Shown here one piece after another: positions 62,485 to 64,000 of a DNA stretch of 64,000 nucleotides. Under the pieces are notes generated by a model, which was not told the DNA's origin, did not search any database, and saw only the letters and a program-made list of their open reading frames with translations. Made by a program: the position numbers and the translations under genes. Source of the stretch: a virus. The stretch lies in IMG/VR virus record IMGVR_UViG_3300008954_000022, positions 1 through 64,000 of that record. One strand, written 5' to 3'. Every line of letters starts with the position of its first letter. Position 1 is the first letter of the stretch.

Positions 62485-64000
62485 ATGGCTGAACTGACCT
62501 TTAAGAGCGCCGGCGTAAGCACGAGGGAAATAGACCTCAGTGGACCCACGGCGATAAGTCCTCAGGGTGTACCTGCAGGTGTCATCGGAACTTCGCAGAA
62601 GGGACGGGCATTTGTCCCAATCACTGTTGCGACGTACCAAGACTTTGTAGCCGAATTCGGCGCAACCGATGGAGAAAAGTTCGGCCCGCTTGCCATGAAT
62701 GAGTGGATGAGAAATGCCCGAGCAGGAACCTATGTGAAGGTTCTGGGTGTGGGAAATGGCACCCAGCGACAGTCTGGCGGTGACAACTCGGGACGCGTAG
62801 TTAATGCGGGATTCATTGTGGGTAACCGACAAGTTCAGGATAACGGACTCGTTGGTAACAACGCATATGCAGGCGCTAACTCTGCTACAAATGGCATCGA
62901 GGGAAGAACATACTTCTTGGCAGCACTCTGCTCACAGAACAATGGAACAATGCTAGCTGACGCAGGGATTCAGACAGATGTAGCACATCCTATTTTGAGA
63001 GGTGTGCTTATGGCACCCTCTGGTGTGCTCTTGGCCCTATCCTCATCCTACGCGGCCGCCGCAAATCAGAACGACCCAGCAGCTAATCAGTCTGCCATGG
63101 GTGTCTTTGGATCTGCTGCCATTAACGACGGTGGCTCGTGCCACGGAACTGTTGATGTCTCTAACGGACAGCAGAACTTTGTGCTGATCCTCAACGGGCA
63201 CAAGAAGCAGGACACGTATCCTAACGTGATCACAGCTTCTTTCGACCCAGCGGCTCCACAATATATCTCAAAGGTTCTGAACACAGATCCCACCAAGATC
63301 GAACAGGCTGGGCACCTCCTCTACTCGAGCTTTGACGTCTACCCATCACACCTAACTCTGACTGGAAGTGGAGTCAACGCGGGCACAGATGTTATTGATG
63401 AGTGTGCGCTCCTATTGACAGGAACACTAGGGAGAAATGTGGGATCGGCAACGTCTCCCAACTATGAAAACTGGGAGGACAGGTTCCAGACAGCGCGCTC
63501 CCCGTGGATAATCTCTCAGAAGTTTGGCGCTAGTAATAAGAACCTCTTCCGAGTTCACGCTCTTGATGACGGAGATCGTCCAAACAGTCTCATTAAGATA
63601 ACCATTGAGAACATCCAGGCAAGCAATAATGAGAACACCACTTACGGTAAATTCGATCTTCTAGTACGAGATTACACAGACACAGATGTGAACTCTGTTG
63701 TGCTAGAGAGTTTCCGAGGCCTCTCATTGGATCCCTCCTCTGAGCGCTATGTCTCGCGCGTTGTGGGTGACACGAAAATGTACTACGACTTCGACCAGAA
63801 GTCTGGTGCTCAGAAGCTGAGAATTGAGGGATCACACCCGAATGCCTCTGCCTATATTCGCATCGAGGTTCATTCTGATGTCGAGAACCTCGTGGTGGAT
63901 GCAACCGCTCTGCCGTGTGGATTCCGCGGTCCCCGTCACCTGGTGACTAGTGGTTCCGAGGGCGCCAGCACCGGTGGCCACCTTGAGGGCTTTGTTGCTT
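62485..64000 (+). CDS. gp18: Tail sheath protein 2 (3' partial; absent from the ORF track)
   Basis: AGGAG then ATG 62485: MAELTFKSAGVSTREIDLSGPTAISPQGVPAGVIGTSQKGRAFVP...; paralogous to sheath 1 (YISKVLNTDP, LSLDPSSERYVSRVVGD, ALPCGFRG); no stop seen to the window end. Confidence 0.92.
   Translation, partial: MAELTFKSAGVSTREIDLSGPTAISPQGVPAGVIGTSQKGRAFVPITVATYQDFVAEFGATDGEKFGPLAMNEWMRNARAGTYVKVLGVGNGTQRQSGGDNSGRVVNAGFIVGNRQVQDNGLVGNNAYAGANSATNGIEGRTYFLAALCSQNNGTMLADAGIQTDVAHPILRGVLMAPSGVLLALSSSYAAAANQNDPAANQSAMGVFGSAAINDGGSCHGTVDVSNGQQNFVLILNGHKKQDTYPNVITASFDPAAPQYISKVLNTDPTKIEQAGHLLYSSFDVYPSHLTLTGSGVNAGTDVIDECALLLTGTLGRNVGSATSPNYENWEDRFQTARSPWIISQKFGASNKNLFRVHALDDGDRPNSLIKITIENIQASNNENTTYGKFDLLVRDYTDTDVNSVVLESFRGLSLDPSSERYVSRVVGDTKMYYDFDQKSGAQKLRIEGSHPNASAYIRIEVHSDVENLVVDATALPCGFRGPRHLVTSGSEGASTGGHLEGFVA

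Noticed and set aside
1-64000. Many minus-strand and alternate-frame ORFs of 60-236 aa
   Set aside because: Nearly all overlap longer plus-strand genes with recognisable motifs and have no motifs of their own; treated as shadow ORFs.
1-64000. Alternative genetic code (stop codon reassignment)
   Set aside because: TAA, TAG and TGA all end well-defined genes, and conserved genes are intact under the standard bacterial code.
2130-64000. Extracellular contractile injection system, tailocin or type VI secretion locus
   Set aside because: Terminase, portal, protease, scaffold and capsid genes show this is a DNA-packaging phage.
1-64000. CRISPR arrays, tRNA or rRNA genes
   Set aside because: Intergenic gaps are short (about 160 nt at most) and none showed repeat-spacer or cloverleaf patterns by eye; no scan was run.

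Overview
This window is a gene-dense, all-plus-strand segment (roughly 50% GC by eye) of a large contractile-tailed dsDNA bacteriophage with T4-superfamily-type head and tail genes. Order: baseplate spike (5' partial), gp25-like and gp6-like wedge proteins, several very large LamG-, Reelin-like- and FN3-like-domain baseplate/fibre proteins, then an embedded DNA-processing block (RuvC-like resolvase, primase, fused Mre11/SbcD-Rad50/SbcC). After that come terminase large subunit, portal, prohead protease, small putative head-internal proteins, a ribosomal protein bS21 homologue, scaffold, major capsid protein, neck and tail-completion proteins, and two tandem tail-sheath genes, the second running off the window end. 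The main observations are: (1) a ~100-150 aa module present about 12 times as in-frame insertions in three or four baseplate/fibre genes, twice nested inside another copy of itself; (2) a single in-frame TAA splitting an otherwise continuous ~2,750-codon reading frame; (3) phage-encoded bS21 beside the scaffold and capsid genes; (4) a recurrent ATA(C/T/G)TTA putative late promoter, one copy preceding a likely internal start in the scaffold gene; (5) apparent enrichment of (S/T)-(G/A/S)-(S/T) tripeptides in virion proteins. All family assignments come from motif recognition and gene order by eye; no database searches were run.
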